From: an uncultured virus (IMG/VR IMGVR_UViG_3300042569_001792)
Taxonomy: Duplodnaviria > Heunggongvirae > Uroviricota > Caudoviricetes
Virus record (IMG/VR): IMGVR_UViG_3300042569_001792
Strand: one strand, 5' to 3'
Length of the DNA: 64,000 bases
Shown here: in pieces, positions 10,671 to 20,403 of the stretch
Layout: every line of letters starts with the position of its first letter
Numbering within the stretch: position 1 is the stretch's first letter
Translations under genes and position numbers: made by a program
The notes under the pieces: model-generated
What the model was told of the DNA's origin: nothing
Database searches by the model: none
What the model saw: only the letters and a program-made list of their open reading frames with translations

Positions 10671-11612
10671 TTTAAAGCAACTATAAGATTGATTGCTGCT
10701 AAAACAGCCCTTTTCATTAATTTTTTCAAATCCACCTGTAGTCCACCATATATAAGTTCCGAAAATAGTATCTTGTGTATAACCTACTACTCTAGGATTT
10801 TCTGCGTAAACTATACCATCTTTAAATTCCCATATATTCGATATATTTTCCACGGGTTTTTCCATATAATATATACCTTTAAATTTAGGCTCTGCTATTA
10901 ATTTTCTTAGCAAGAATTTACAGTGCATCCAAAAAATATCTCTATGTTTTGAATGATGGTGAGTTATATTTTCAAACTTCCATTTATCTTTATTTATTTG
11001 TTCACAATATTTAGTGTCAAAATTATTTCTAATTAATACAGCGTGTAAATTACCCTGGTCATCCGCGTTGTAATCCAAAGCATTCATATCATCCCAAGCT
11101 TTTAGAAAATCTAAACCTTTTTGATTACCTGGTACTCCGAATATACCAGCACATACTTCAAAATCTTTGTATTCATTTTTTTCATAATCAGTTAGCACTT
11201 CTGAACCAACATTAGGTATATTTCTATGAACTTTCCACCCCTCATTATCCATTAATAATATCTGATTACAGTCCCCCCAAAAATTCATTAGTTGATCGAA
11301 GTTTTTATAGTTAATTAGAACATCAGAGTCTAAATAAAGACAAAACTTATAATCAGTAATATTAATAAAATCTGTTATCTTTGGCTTAATACAATATATA
11401 TTAAACTTACTTTCAGCTTTATATCTTTTTTTTACATTTATTATCTTGACACGATCAATATTTGTGGTAAACTCATCTGTATCAGATAGAACTACTATTT
11501 CCCCACTGTAGTTAGTATAGTTTATTATAGATAAAATAGAGAAGAATGTCATCTCTTTGTGGAGTTGATTTCCGAAACAAATGAACCAAATTAAAAATTT
11601 ATCCTTTTTCAT
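10650..11612 (-). CDS. GT-A fold glycosyltransferase (GT8/GT77-like)
   Basis: YLDSDV (DxD), CAGIF, DDQG motifs; start moved to ATG 11612. Confidence 0.65.
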   Translation of the reverse strand: MKKDKFLIWFICFGNQLHKEMTFFSILSIINYTNYSGEIVVLSDTDEFTTNIDRVKIINVKKRYKAESKFNIYCIKPKITDFINITDYKFCLYLDSDVLINYKNFDQLMNFWGDCNQILLMDNEGWKVHRNIPNVGSEVLTDYEKNEYKDFEVCAGIFGVPGNQKGLDFLKAWDDMNALDYNADDQGNLHAVLIRNNFDTKYCEQINKDKWKFENITHHHSKHRDIFWMHCKFLLRKLIAEPKFKGIYYMEKPVENISNIWEFKDGIVYAENPRVVGYTQDTIFGTYIWWTTGGFEKINEKGCFSSNQSYSCFKLSKSSK

Positions 11613-11661
11613 AGTTACTATATAATTGTACAGCAAAATAGAAAAAGAGAAAAAAAAGTTC

Positions 11662-11689
11662 TTGACATCTCTCAAGAGGTGAGTAAGAT
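11662..11689 (+). promoter_or_regulatory. Sigma70-type promoter
   Basis: TTGACA-16-TAAGAT upstream of the beta-barrel gene. Confidence 0.55.
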
Positions 11690-11748
11690 AGACATGTAGC
11701 AAGAAATCGCTACAGAAAAACAAACAAAACAAAAACAAAATAATAAGT

Positions 11749-12240
11749 ATGATGAATAAAACTAAATCTATGTTAGCTGCGATGGTCGCATTTATAAGTC
11801 CAGTATTCGCTGGCACCCCCGCCGTTACCACGGTCACACCTCCTTCACCACTATCTGAATTAACCGCTAAGGCTTTCGCCTCTGTAGTTCTTGACGACAG
11901 TAATGAAGTTTATGGTGGTGGTTTAGCTCTCGAATCAAAGCTAGTTGGCGACCTATATGGTGAAGTATTTGCCACAGTTTTAGAAGACGAGGTTTATGGA
12001 GTTGGAGCTAATGCTCTTTATTACCTACCAGTTGCAGAGACTGTATCTCTATACGCTCTTGCTGGTGGTGCCTATGAGTTTGAATCAGACCAATGGGTAG
12101 TTAGAACTGGCGGTGGTGTTAAAGTCGCCCTCACCCAAACTGTAAGTCTATTTGCCGACGCGGCTTATAACTTTACAGTTGAAGATGAAGACAATGATGG
12201 TGCGGTATCTATTCGTGCTGGTGTTGGATTCAAATTCTAA
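11749..12240 (+). CDS. Outer-membrane beta-barrel protein (8-stranded OmpA/Ail-like)
   Basis: Signal peptide, alternating amphipathic strands, C-terminal AGVGFKF. Confidence 0.8.
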   Translation: MMNKTKSMLAAMVAFISPVFAGTPAVTTVTPPSPLSELTAKAFASVVLDDSNEVYGGGLALESKLVGDLYGEVFATVLEDEVYGVGANALYYLPVAETVSLYALAGGAYEFESDQWVVRTGGGVKVALTQTVSLFADAAYNFTVEDEDNDGAVSIRAGVGFKF

Positions 12241-12253
12241 TGATAAAAACGGA

Positions 12254-12289
12254 ACGTCACCTTAATGGCGTGACAGTGGGAGAGACTAC
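12254..12289 (+). ncRNA. Candidate two-hairpin RNA element
   Basis: ACGTCA/TGGCGT stem, GACA linker, GTGG-GAGAGA-CTAC stem; GC-rich in an AT-rich spacer. Confidence 0.35.
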
Positions 12290-12301
12290 ATATTTTTTTA
12301 T

Positions 12302-12751
12302 ATGGAGATAGAACAGAAAAGAGCGTTAGATTTTATGGTTGCGGCTAAACAGGAACTTCCTAATAAGCCAGTAGTTCCATCAGTAGAAATACGAAAACTT
12401 AGAGCAAGACTTTTATTAGAGGAAGTTTGCGAGCATGTAAATGGATTAGGTTTATCTGTACTTGATGAAAATGGTAATCAAGTTATACTAGATAATTTAA
12501 CATTTGTCGCAGACCAAGAACCAGATCTAATTGAAATTGTTGATGGCATCGCAGATATCAAAGTGATAGTAAATGGCACAGCTAATTCATGTGGAGTTGA
12601 TATGGAGCCTATAGATGTAGAAGTTTATAATACAAATATGGCTAAATTCGGTCCAGGTGGATATATGAGAGATGATGGTAAGTGGATCAAACCTTTACTT
12701 TGGCAAGCGCCAAATATAGAGGCTATACTAGAAGAGCAAAGAAATAAGTAA
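12302..12751 (+). CDS. MazG-like/PRA-PH nucleotide pyrophosphohydrolase
   Basis: LLLEEVCE, DGIAD, TNMAK, DGKWIKP motifs. Confidence 0.85.
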   Translation: MEIEQKRALDFMVAAKQELPNKPVVPSVEIRKLRARLLLEEVCEHVNGLGLSVLDENGNQVILDNLTFVADQEPDLIEIVDGIADIKVIVNGTANSCGVDMEPIDVEVYNTNMAKFGPGGYMRDDGKWIKPLLWQAPNIEAILEEQRNK

Positions 12752-12754
12752 TAT

Positions 12755-12919
12755 ATGTTTGACAAAGATCAAGCGAAGGAACTAACAGAAGATGTGACCA
12801 AGGAAATTATCGTTAGGTTTACAAAATCTGTAAATATGTCACAAGAAGAGGTTGACATACTCAAAAAGTGCATTAAATTGGAGTTGATGCAAGCCCTAAC
12901 AGGACAAGTAAATATTTAA
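12755..12919 (+). CDS. Small hypothetical protein (54 aa, not in ORF track)
   Basis: MFDKDQAKEL...GQVNI fills the gap between neighbouring genes. Confidence 0.5.
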   Translation: MFDKDQAKELTEDVTKEIIVRFTKSVNMSQEEVDILKKCIKLELMQALTGQVNI

Positions 12920-12930
12920 ATAATAAAGAA

Positions 12931-13281
12931 ATGAAACCAAATAATAAGACAAAGAAGGAAAGTAAGGAAGGATCGAAAGTAAAGACAATGCCAGTTAAAA
13001 AGGAAACAATTAAGAAGACAGTTGAAAAAGCAATCGCGCTAGATCTACCAATTCCTAATTCTAGGAAACTAGCAGAAGGAAACGATATAAATGAAATTGT
13101 ATCAAAACTAAAGAGTCATAAAGGTCGCTTTATAGGTATCTCAGTTAATCGAGTCAAGTCGGGTAATACATCGTACTGCGCAAAGGTAAAAAATATAACA
13201 GATAAAATGCTATTCTTCACAGATATGAAGTCAAAGCAAAATCTATCTGTAATGCTCGCTAATATTGTGAGCGTATCGTAA
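12931..13281 (+). CDS. Hypothetical basic protein
   Basis: ORF fits the gene array. Confidence 0.6.
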   Translation: MKPNNKTKKESKEGSKVKTMPVKKETIKKTVEKAIALDLPIPNSRKLAEGNDINEIVSKLKSHKGRFIGISVNRVKSGNTSYCAKVKNITDKMLFFTDMKSKQNLSVMLANIVSVS

Positions 13282-13292
13282 TTAACAAAAAC

Positions 13293-13327
13293 GGCAGCGT
13301 GAAATAATTCGTTAAAGTAACGCTGCC
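13293..13327. other. Intergenic inverted repeat
   Basis: ggcagcgt ... acgctgcc with a 19-nt loop. Confidence 0.45.
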
Positions 13328-13337
13328 AATTTATTCT

Positions 13338-13526
13338 ATGGACGGTCAAGAAAAATTTGATACCTGTATGTACCGATCAGCAGAAAAACACTTTTCATTT
13401 GAAACTCGCCGCTGTTGCGGCAAAGAACAAGCAGAAGGGTATCTTTGCTTCAAAAAACAAATAGAAGATGTAACTCCAGAAATATGTGAGTTATGTATCT
13501 ACTACCAACAAAAAAACAATGTCTGA
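13338..13526 (+). CDS. Small Cys-rich hypothetical protein
   Basis: 62 aa with six Cys. Confidence 0.5.
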   Translation: MDGQEKFDTCMYRSAEKHFSFETRRCCGKEQAEGYLCFKKQIEDVTPEICELCIYYQQKNNV

Positions 13527-14667
13527 CGTATCTTCAAGCGTATTAAAAAATTTCCTAACTAAAAATAAAGATCACCACTTTAATTCTAAAAAAGAATTAC
13601 CAAATTACAAAGTATCAACAGGTTCTAAAAGACTTGATATAAGAATGGGTGGTGGTTTTGGCCCAGGTATTCATCGTATTGGTGGAGCTTCCGAGGGTGG
13701 TAAAACAAGTCTATGTATTGACGTTGTAGCAAATGCTTTTGAAACAATACCAAATTGCAAATGTTTCTATATCAAAGCTGAGGGAAGATTAAGTGAAAAT
13801 ATACAAAGTCGCCGTGGATTGAAATTTGTTACATCTGCGGATGAGTGGGATAATCATACAGTATTCGTTTACAAGTCGAATGTATTTGAACCAACACTTC
13901 AAATCATAACTGATCTAATAAAAGAATCTAGCGACACAGTAATTATATTTATTGTTGATAGTGTTGACGGTCTAAATAGATCGGAAGATATCTTCAAGAA
14001 TTATAACGAAGCAAATCAAGTAGCAGGGACTCCATTACTATTAAAGATATTCTGCAAGAGAATGTCATTACCAATAACAGAGCTTAGACACATGTTGTTC
14101 TTAATAACACAAATAAGTGCTGATATTAAGATTGGGTATGCAAAAGAAACGCAAAAGACTGTTGCTGGTAGCGGCGGTAATGCAGCTATTCACTTTCCAG
14201 ATTGGATATTACAAATGGAGCCAACATTACAAAGTGATTATATTACATTGTCTGGTGAAACATCTGAAAATCAAATTAACCCAAATACGAATCCAATTCT
14301 AGGACATTGGGCCAAAGTTATAATCAAGAAATCTAGTAATGAATCTAGTGGTTATAAAGTCAAATATCCAGTTAGAAGAGGGGTCGTAGGAAAGTCCGCT
14401 GTATGGAATGAATATGAAGTTGGAGAATTCTTAAAAGAGTTTGAGTTCGTAGTAAAAGGTGGGGCTTGGATGAATTTTTCAGAAGCGGCCATTAATAAGA
14501 TGGTTGAGGCTGGATTGCAAGACGTTCCATCTAAAGTAAATGGAATGAAAGCTCTACAAAAATTACTTGATGATAGACAGGATATAACTAACTTCTGGTT
14601 AGATTACTATTCAAATATCTTGAGTTCCTTAAATAAAAAAGATGATATTCTACAATCTAAAGGGTAA
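13519..14667 (+). CDS. recA: RecA/UvsX-like recombinase
   Basis: STGSKRLD, Walker A GASEGGKT, IVDSV, GGNAAIHF, KGGAWM motifs. Confidence 0.85.
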   Translation: MSDVSSSVLKNFLTKNKDHHFNSKKELPNYKVSTGSKRLDIRMGGGFGPGIHRIGGASEGGKTSLCIDVVANAFETIPNCKCFYIKAEGRLSENIQSRRGLKFVTSADEWDNHTVFVYKSNVFEPTLQIITDLIKESSDTVIIFIVDSVDGLNRSEDIFKNYNEANQVAGTPLLLKIFCKRMSLPITELRHMLFLITQISADIKIGYAKETQKTVAGSGGNAAIHFPDWILQMEPTLQSDYITLSGETSENQINPNTNPILGHWAKVIIKKSSNESSGYKVKYPVRRGVVGKSAVWNEYEVGEFLKEFEFVVKGGAWMNFSEAAINKMVEAGLQDVPSKVNGMKALQKLLDDRQDITNFWLDYYSNILSSLNKKDDILQSKG

Positions 14668-15058
14668 GAAAGTAAAATGCTCTATAGGTAAATATAATAT
14701 TGATTGGGATGGAAAGTCGCCTAGCAAGTTTCAATTTGCCGTAAAGCAATTTTTCAAAGAATTCTGGAGTAATCATTTTTGCTTTGAAGAATTTCCTTGC
14801 GCTGGGACAAAACTTAGGATAGATATATTCAATCTAACAAAGAGGATAGCTGTGGAAGCTCATGGCGACCAACATGTTAGATTGAATAAATTCTTCCACA
14901 AAGATTCCCAGGATTTCTTTGACGCCATAACGCGAGATAGAGTTAAGGAAATTTGGTGTGAAAAAAATCAAATAAAGTTAATAGAAATATATCCAAAAGA
15001 TCTACCACTATCTATAGAAAAAATAATTGAAAAACATGGCAACATCCTTAGTATCTGA
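14642..15058 (+). CDS. PD-(D/E)xK (Vsr/DUF559-like) endonuclease
   Basis: LRIDIF, AVEAHGDQH, RDRVKEIWC, LIEI motifs. Confidence 0.7.
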   Translation: MIFYNLKGKKVKCSIGKYNIDWDGKSPSKFQFAVKQFFKEFWSNHFCFEEFPCAGTKLRIDIFNLTKRIAVEAHGDQHVRLNKFFHKDSQDFFDAITRDRVKEIWCEKNQIKLIEIYPKDLPLSIEKIIEKHGNILSI

Positions 15059-15587
15059 TTTTCCTTTAAGCAAAAGAATTAAAAATGCTTTATATGAAAA
15101 TAATATATTTACTATTGACGACCTAAAATCATTATCATTAGATAAATTAAAATCATTGGAGGGACTTGGAGACAAGTCCCTTCTTGAATTAAGAGAGTAT
15201 CTATATTTAAGTCATAAAATAGTATTTAAAAAAGAGAAAGTAGAAAAGAAAAAAGTAATAAAAGATTATCCCAGTTCTAAATTAATAGTAGAACATTTTC
15301 TAAGAAATACTCCGAATATAAATTGGTCTGCTCAATTAAAAATAGCAGATAGATTAATAGCGCAGTTCCCATTAGATTTTTTATTATCAGTCTCGCCTCC
15401 TCCTAACATATATAGTTTAGGATATTTTATCTCTGATTTTGGGCACAAGTATTTAACAGACAGAATGCCAGCAAGGTTAATAGTCGAAAAGGAAGAAAAA
15501 AAGGAAAGTATAATCGAAGAAGGTGAAGACTATACCCCAAAGGATCACAGTAAACCAAAACATCTAAGAGACTTCTTAGGAATTTAA
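15036..15587 (+). CDS. Protein with an N-terminal RNA polymerase alpha-CTD-like domain
   Basis: LSKRIKNAL..NIFTIDDL....L..LEGLGDKSLLEL matches the alpha-CTD pattern. Confidence 0.7.
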   Translation: MATSLVSDFPLSKRIKNALYENNIFTIDDLKSLSLDKLKSLEGLGDKSLLELREYLYLSHKIVFKKEKVEKKKVIKDYPSSKLIVEHFLRNTPNINWSAQLKIADRLIAQFPLDFLLSVSPPPNIYSLGYFISDFGHKYLTDRMPARLIVEKEEKKESIIEEGEDYTPKDHSKPKHLRDFLGI

Positions 15588-15588
15588 A

Positions 15589-17043
15589 ATGTCGCAATTT
15601 GTATCTTACGAAACGGAAAGAGTTTGTTTAGCAGCCTTATTAAAGGATAACAAACAAATACCAAATATAACAGCTTTTATTAAACCCGATCATTTCGTGC
15701 ATGTAATGCACCAAACTCTTTTTAATTTGATAGTATCAAGTTATCAAGATAAGGGAATAGTAGATGACACAATAGTTATAACAAAATCCCGTGCAATGGG
15801 ATTAAATGAAATAGATGGTATTGATATAAATAGCTATCTATATTCATTAAAAGCTATACCTGTTAATGAGGATTATGTAACAGAATATTTCCGAGAGTTG
15901 TATAAATACTACACTTTAAGAAAATGTTATAAGTCCCTTGGTAACGCTCAAAAGTTTATCTCAGCTAATTTAGAGAAGCCTATTCATGAAATCATTCCGA
16001 ATATAGAGAAGATGTTTAATGATGCCCTTACAATCAACGTATCTGAGGATGTAGAGTTCGTTGACTTATATGGGGACATGGAAGACGAGATAACAAGACG
16101 AGCCGATCTAGGTATCCCAGCGGCCCTTAAAACACCATATCCAATCTTTGAGAAATGGTATGGTGGATTATACTTTGGTGATATGTATGTCTTTGCAGCG
16201 CCCGCTAAGAAGGGTAAATCAACATTCCTAAACTATACAGCTTATGAGGTTGCAAAGAATCCAATAAACAACTGTAAGGTTCTTTATCTCGATACGGAAT
16301 TGGAATCTTGGCGAGTACAGTGTCGAAGTGCCGCCGCCTTAACCGATGTTAATGAATATTACTATAAGACAGGTAAGTTCAAAGAAAATCCTATTATGGT
16401 TAAAAAGGCGAATGATCTTTGGAATAAAAATCATAACATGAAAGGTCGAGTTACTCACGTTTATGTTGCTAATAAAAATATTGATGATATCATATCAATA
16501 TGTCGCCGCTGGTATTCAAGGTTTGTCAAGAAAGGTGAAGCTGCTTTGATAGTATATGACTACATGAAAATTACTGGTGAAAGTATTTCCGGTCACAATC
16601 AAGAATATCATGTCATGGGCGAGAAGTGTGATAGATTGAAAAAACTATCCTCAGATTTACCATTGACAACAGTATTAACTGCTATTCAAGTAAATGCACA
16701 GGGCGACATTGCAATGTCACAACGTATCAAATGGTTTGCCTCAAATGTTTATAGATTAGATCCAAAAACAATTGACGAGATAAATCAAGATGGTAAACAG
16801 TACGGATCTCATAAATTAATAGAAGTAGCGACACGAAATCAAGGCGAAGAAGCTAAGGGTATGAATAATTTAGTGAAAGTTCAGCTTGGTGATGGTAAGA
16901 TAGAATGGAAGCAAAATTTTATTAACTTTGATTTTAATAACTTCAAGGTTACAGAAGTTGGAACGTATGAAGAAGTATTGTCTGCAAAGGCGCAGCAATT
17001 AGATTTAGAAGAAGGAGATGAATATGATTCAGTCGATTTTTAA
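15589..17043 (+). CDS. dnaB: DnaB-like replicative helicase
   Basis: E..LAALL N-domain, APAKKGKS, LDTE, VYDY, AIQVN motifs. Confidence 0.88.
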   Translation: MSQFVSYETERVCLAALLKDNKQIPNITAFIKPDHFVHVMHQTLFNLIVSSYQDKGIVDDTIVITKSRAMGLNEIDGIDINSYLYSLKAIPVNEDYVTEYFRELYKYYTLRKCYKSLGNAQKFISANLEKPIHEIIPNIEKMFNDALTINVSEDVEFVDLYGDMEDEITRRADLGIPAALKTPYPIFEKWYGGLYFGDMYVFAAPAKKGKSTFLNYTAYEVAKNPINNCKVLYLDTELESWRVQCRSAAALTDVNEYYYKTGKFKENPIMVKKANDLWNKNHNMKGRVTHVYVANKNIDDIISICRRWYSRFVKKGEAALIVYDYMKITGESISGHNQEYHVMGEKCDRLKKLSSDLPLTTVLTAIQVNAQGDIAMSQRIKWFASNVYRLDPKTIDEINQDGKQYGSHKLIEVATRNQGEEAKGMNNLVKVQLGDGKIEWKQNFINFDFNNFKVTEVGTYEEVLSAKAQQLDLEEGDEYDSVDF

Positions 17044-17938
17044 TGTAAAAGATTTTTTAGTTTCAATTGGATATAAAATCCACGGCGAAACTTCTAGTCA
17101 TTATAGAATGAAACCAATATACAGATCAAGTAATAATGATTCTGTTTTATCTGTGGATAAGAAAACTGGATGGTTTACTGATTTCAAGACTGGTGATTCC
17201 GGCCCTTTATACAAATTAGTTTCAATTACTAAAAATATAAGTATTTACGAAGCTAAATTATTGGTTGGAGATACAGCGTCTAAAAAAGACGAAGAGGAAC
17301 CAAAAATGCAAATAGATATACCTTTAACTTTTAATAAAGAAGAAATTAAGGAGTTATTACCTTCTTACTATTTTTATAATAAAAGAGGTATATCGACAGA
17401 AACATTGAAATATTTTCAATCAGGATATTGCACTTATGGTAAAATGAGTGATAGATATGTATTTCCAATTTTCCATAAAAGCGGCGAGTTGAGAGGCTTG
17501 GCCGGTAGAGACGTAACAAATAAAAAAATTGCAAAGTGGAAAAATCTAGGTCATACAAAAGGCTGGGATTATCCATATTTTTTTAATAAAGAGTATATAA
17601 AAGAAGCGAATGAGATAATTCTAGTGGAAAGTATCGGTGATATGCTTGCATTATGGGAGTGTGGCATTAGAAACGTACTAGTCGCTTTCGGCACCAAGAT
17701 AGCACAAGAGACGCTTTTAACTATCATCTCGTCTAACCCGTCCCGTGTAATAATCAGCATGAATTTCGATTTACCGGACGAAACCGGCTTTTGCCCCGGC
17801 CAAGAAGCGGCCAAAAAGATAGAAAAAAAACTTGCAGTTTGGTTTAATACGAATAAGATATGTACATCGTTCCCTAACGGGAATGACTTTGGAAGTATGT
17901 CTAAAGATGAAATTTTACAATGGAAAGAAAAATTATGA
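17018..17938 (+). CDS. dnaG: DnaG-like primase
   Basis: KRGIS, RYVFPI, GR, KWKN, TOPRIM LVESIGD, FD motifs. Confidence 0.85.
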   Translation: MNMIQSIFNVKDFLVSIGYKIHGETSSHYRMKPIYRSSNNDSVLSVDKKTGWFTDFKTGDSGPLYKLVSITKNISIYEAKLLVGDTASKKDEEEPKMQIDIPLTFNKEEIKELLPSYYFYNKRGISTETLKYFQSGYCTYGKMSDRYVFPIFHKSGELRGLAGRDVTNKKIAKWKNLGHTKGWDYPYFFNKEYIKEANEIILVESIGDMLALWECGIRNVLVAFGTKIAQETLLTIISSNPSRVIISMNFDLPDETGFCPGQEAAKKIEKKLAVWFNTNKICTSFPNGNDFGSMSKDEILQWKEKL

Positions 17939-19440
17939 GTAATAAAGTTACCCCTGAGATTATAAAAGAAATAAAGAATAAAATCAACTCTGGCGTAGTT
18001 GAAACTGAGATAAGAAAATGGTTTAGAGAATATACCAATCTAAGAAAAAGTAGAGCTAATGAACTCTTTCTTTCTATTAAAAAAACAATAGATTCTGAAA
18101 ATAAATATCAATATAAATATTCAGATCTAGCGCCAGAAGTAAAGGTTCCCATAAAAAGTGCATCAGCTACATCTAATAGATATACCTACGATACTAATGC
18201 AGATACATATACTTTATATTTGAAATCTTATGAAACACCGCTGGTTATAACAGGAGCAAAACACAGGGCAATTTGTAGATCATATAGCCAAATTGGAGAG
18301 AACTTGAATTCATATCAAGTATGTGCTAAATATAATCTCACTCCAAAAATGTTCAATGAATATAAGACAATATTCAATTTGACAAAATTAAACGAACCTT
18401 TATCTGAGGAGGAAGTTAATCTTCAAAGTATCGAAGACAATGTAAGTTCATTGCTTGAAGATAAGCGTTTTAAGATTTTCAACGAATTTACTAAAAAGAG
18501 TTTAAATGAAATGGAAGCAGACGCAACTAAATGGAAATCATTTCAATTAAGATTTTTAGATCCAGTTTCTAATCTATTAGAATCTTGGACTCCACCAGCG
18601 TACCAACCTCACCCCTTCAAACCCTTACAAAAGATTGAAGATAAAACAATGTTAATAAATGTAGCTGACATTCACGTTGGAGCTAAAGCTGATGGTAGAT
18701 TCCTATATCGCCAAAAGAATTGGAATTCATCTGATTTAGCCGCAGCGATGAAAGACTACGCTCAGAAGATAGTTGACATTCTTAATTCCAGGCAGTATGG
18801 TTACAGTGACGCTGTAGTCACTCTTGGCGGCGACATAATACATACCTTGACAGGTCATACAGATAAAGGAACTAAACTAAACTACGAGTTTATAGAAGAA
18901 GATCAGGTTGATTTTGCTTTTAATATTCTAGTTCTATTTATAGAGAATATGCTATCTATATTCCCGACTGTATCCGTTAAATCAGTATCTGGAAACCACT
19001 CTAGCTTAGGCGACTATGTTGTGGCAAAAATGCTAGAAATATACTTCAAATCAGAAAATCGAATTCATTTCGAGATAACTAATCAAAGATATCTTCCATT
19101 CAAGATACATGATTCTCTATTCATACTTGACCACGGCTCCTCATTTAAGGGTGTTAAGTCAAAACTACCAAATAGAGGTTCTGGACGTAATTCATACATC
19201 CAAAGCATATTACTTGCTAGACCAGAATTACTAACAAATATAAATCAAAAATACTTCATAACAAATGATAAGCATCATTTTGAATATGAAGAACATACAG
19301 ATTTTGAAATGATACTTTGCCCAAGTATAGTCGGTGGTGATAGATATTCAGATTTACTTGGTTTTGGTTCAAGAGCCTCCCAATGCGTATTCACAGTAGA
19401 CAATACAGGAATTAAAGAGATAATAAAACTATACTTTTAA
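17935..19440 (+). CDS. Calcineurin-like metallophosphoesterase with N-terminal extension
   Basis: DIHVG, GGDII, GNH, HG, DKHH motifs. Confidence 0.7.
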   Translation: MSNKVTPEIIKEIKNKINSGVVETEIRKWFREYTNLRKSRANELFLSIKKTIDSENKYQYKYSDLAPEVKVPIKSASATSNRYTYDTNADTYTLYLKSYETPLVITGAKHRAICRSYSQIGENLNSYQVCAKYNLTPKMFNEYKTIFNLTKLNEPLSEEEVNLQSIEDNVSSLLEDKRFKIFNEFTKKSLNEMEADATKWKSFQLRFLDPVSNLLESWTPPAYQPHPFKPLQKIEDKTMLINVADIHVGAKADGRFLYRQKNWNSSDLAAAMKDYAQKIVDILNSRQYGYSDAVVTLGGDIIHTLTGHTDKGTKLNYEFIEEDQVDFAFNILVLFIENMLSIFPTVSVKSVSGNHSSLGDYVVAKMLEIYFKSENRIHFEITNQRYLPFKIHDSLFILDHGSSFKGVKSKLPNRGSGRNSYIQSILLARPELLTNINQKYFITNDKHHFEYEEHTDFEMILCPSIVGGDRYSDLLGFGSRASQCVFTVDNTGIKEIIKLYF

Positions 19441-19445
19441 TATAA

Positions 19446-20399
19446 ATGGTAAAACTTAGTGCTAGTAGAATAAAGACACTATTGTCTTGTAGCTGGATAT
19501 ATTGGTGTCGTTATATACTAAAATTACCATCAAAAGGTAATGATGGGGCGAACAGGGGGAATACTGTTCACCCTATATTAGAATGTTTACTTAGAGAGGA
19601 TCGTAAAGAATATGTTTATAAGATACTTAGCCTTGAAGATCCTTTCTGTATTCCATCAATTAAAAAATTAGCATATCTTCATGCTAAAAAACTAGAAGTC
19701 GCAAGTGACGAGAATATAAAGTTAATAAAAGACTTTATATTAACGGCTCTTAAATGTGACTTTTATTGTGAGGGAGCTTTAAAGGTTTATGCAGAAGAAG
19801 AGTTTGATTATAAAACAGATGATTACTGGATAGGTGGATTCATAGATAAGAAAGCTATATATGAAGATAGAGTAAAGATTGTTGACTATAAAACGTCTAA
19901 AGCTAAGTTTTCTCAAGAAGAAGCTGAGGCAAGTATCCAGGCTCTTATGTATGCGCTTGTTCAGACAAAGTATCATCCAGCCTTAACGCCGGAAGTTGAA
20001 TTCTTATTTTTGAAATTTAAAAAAGCTCCATTGCAAAAAGCAAATGTAAATCAATCATTATTAAATGGATTTGAGGAATACCTTAAATATATTTCTAAAC
20101 ATTTAAAAGATTTCTCTATTGAGAAAGCTATGTCTGATTTTGCGGCTAATGATAGAGAAAGAATGTGGCTATGTGGGAAGAGGTTAGGAGATCAAAAGAA
20201 AGATGGAAGTAGCGCGTGGACCTGCGAATATAAGTACCCTTATATTTATTTTGCCGCGAAAGATCAGCACGGTAAGGTTGTATCCACATCTAAAAATAAA
20301 AAAGATCTTGACAAATACTTAGAAAAGGGCTATAGTGTCGAACAGATGGAGTATGCGGGCTGCCCAAAATTCCATCGTTTATGGACCAATAAAAAATAA
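19446..20399 (+). CDS. PD-(D/E)xK exonuclease (RecB/Cas4-like)
   Basis: LSASR, GNTVH, GFID, DYKT, Q..MY motifs; several Cys. Confidence 0.8.
   Translation: MVKLSASRIKTLLSCSWIYWCRYILKLPSKGNDGANRGNTVHPILECLLREDRKEYVYKILSLEDPFCIPSIKKLAYLHAKKLEVASDENIKLIKDFILTALKCDFYCEGALKVYAEEEFDYKTDDYWIGGFIDKKAIYEDRVKIVDYKTSKAKFSQEEAEASIQALMYALVQTKYHPALTPEVEFLFLKFKKAPLQKANVNQSLLNGFEEYLKYISKHLKDFSIEKAMSDFAANDRERMWLCGKRLGDQKKDGSSAWTCEYKYPYIYFAAKDQHGKVVSTSKNKKDLDKYLEKGYSVEQMEYAGCPKFHRLWTNKK
20308..20336 (+). promoter_or_regulatory. Sigma70-type promoter
   Basis: TTGACA-17-TATAGT. Confidence 0.6.
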
Positions 20400-20403
20400 A
20401 AAA

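Noticed and set aside
11613..11837. N-terminal extension of the minus-strand glycosyltransferase
   Set aside because: Antisense to the beta-barrel gene and its promoter; the hydrophobic stretch comes from poly-A leader sequence
19446..20399. Cas4 as part of a CRISPR-Cas system
   Set aside because: No other cas genes in the window; stand-alone PD-(D/E)xK nucleases are common in phage replication modules
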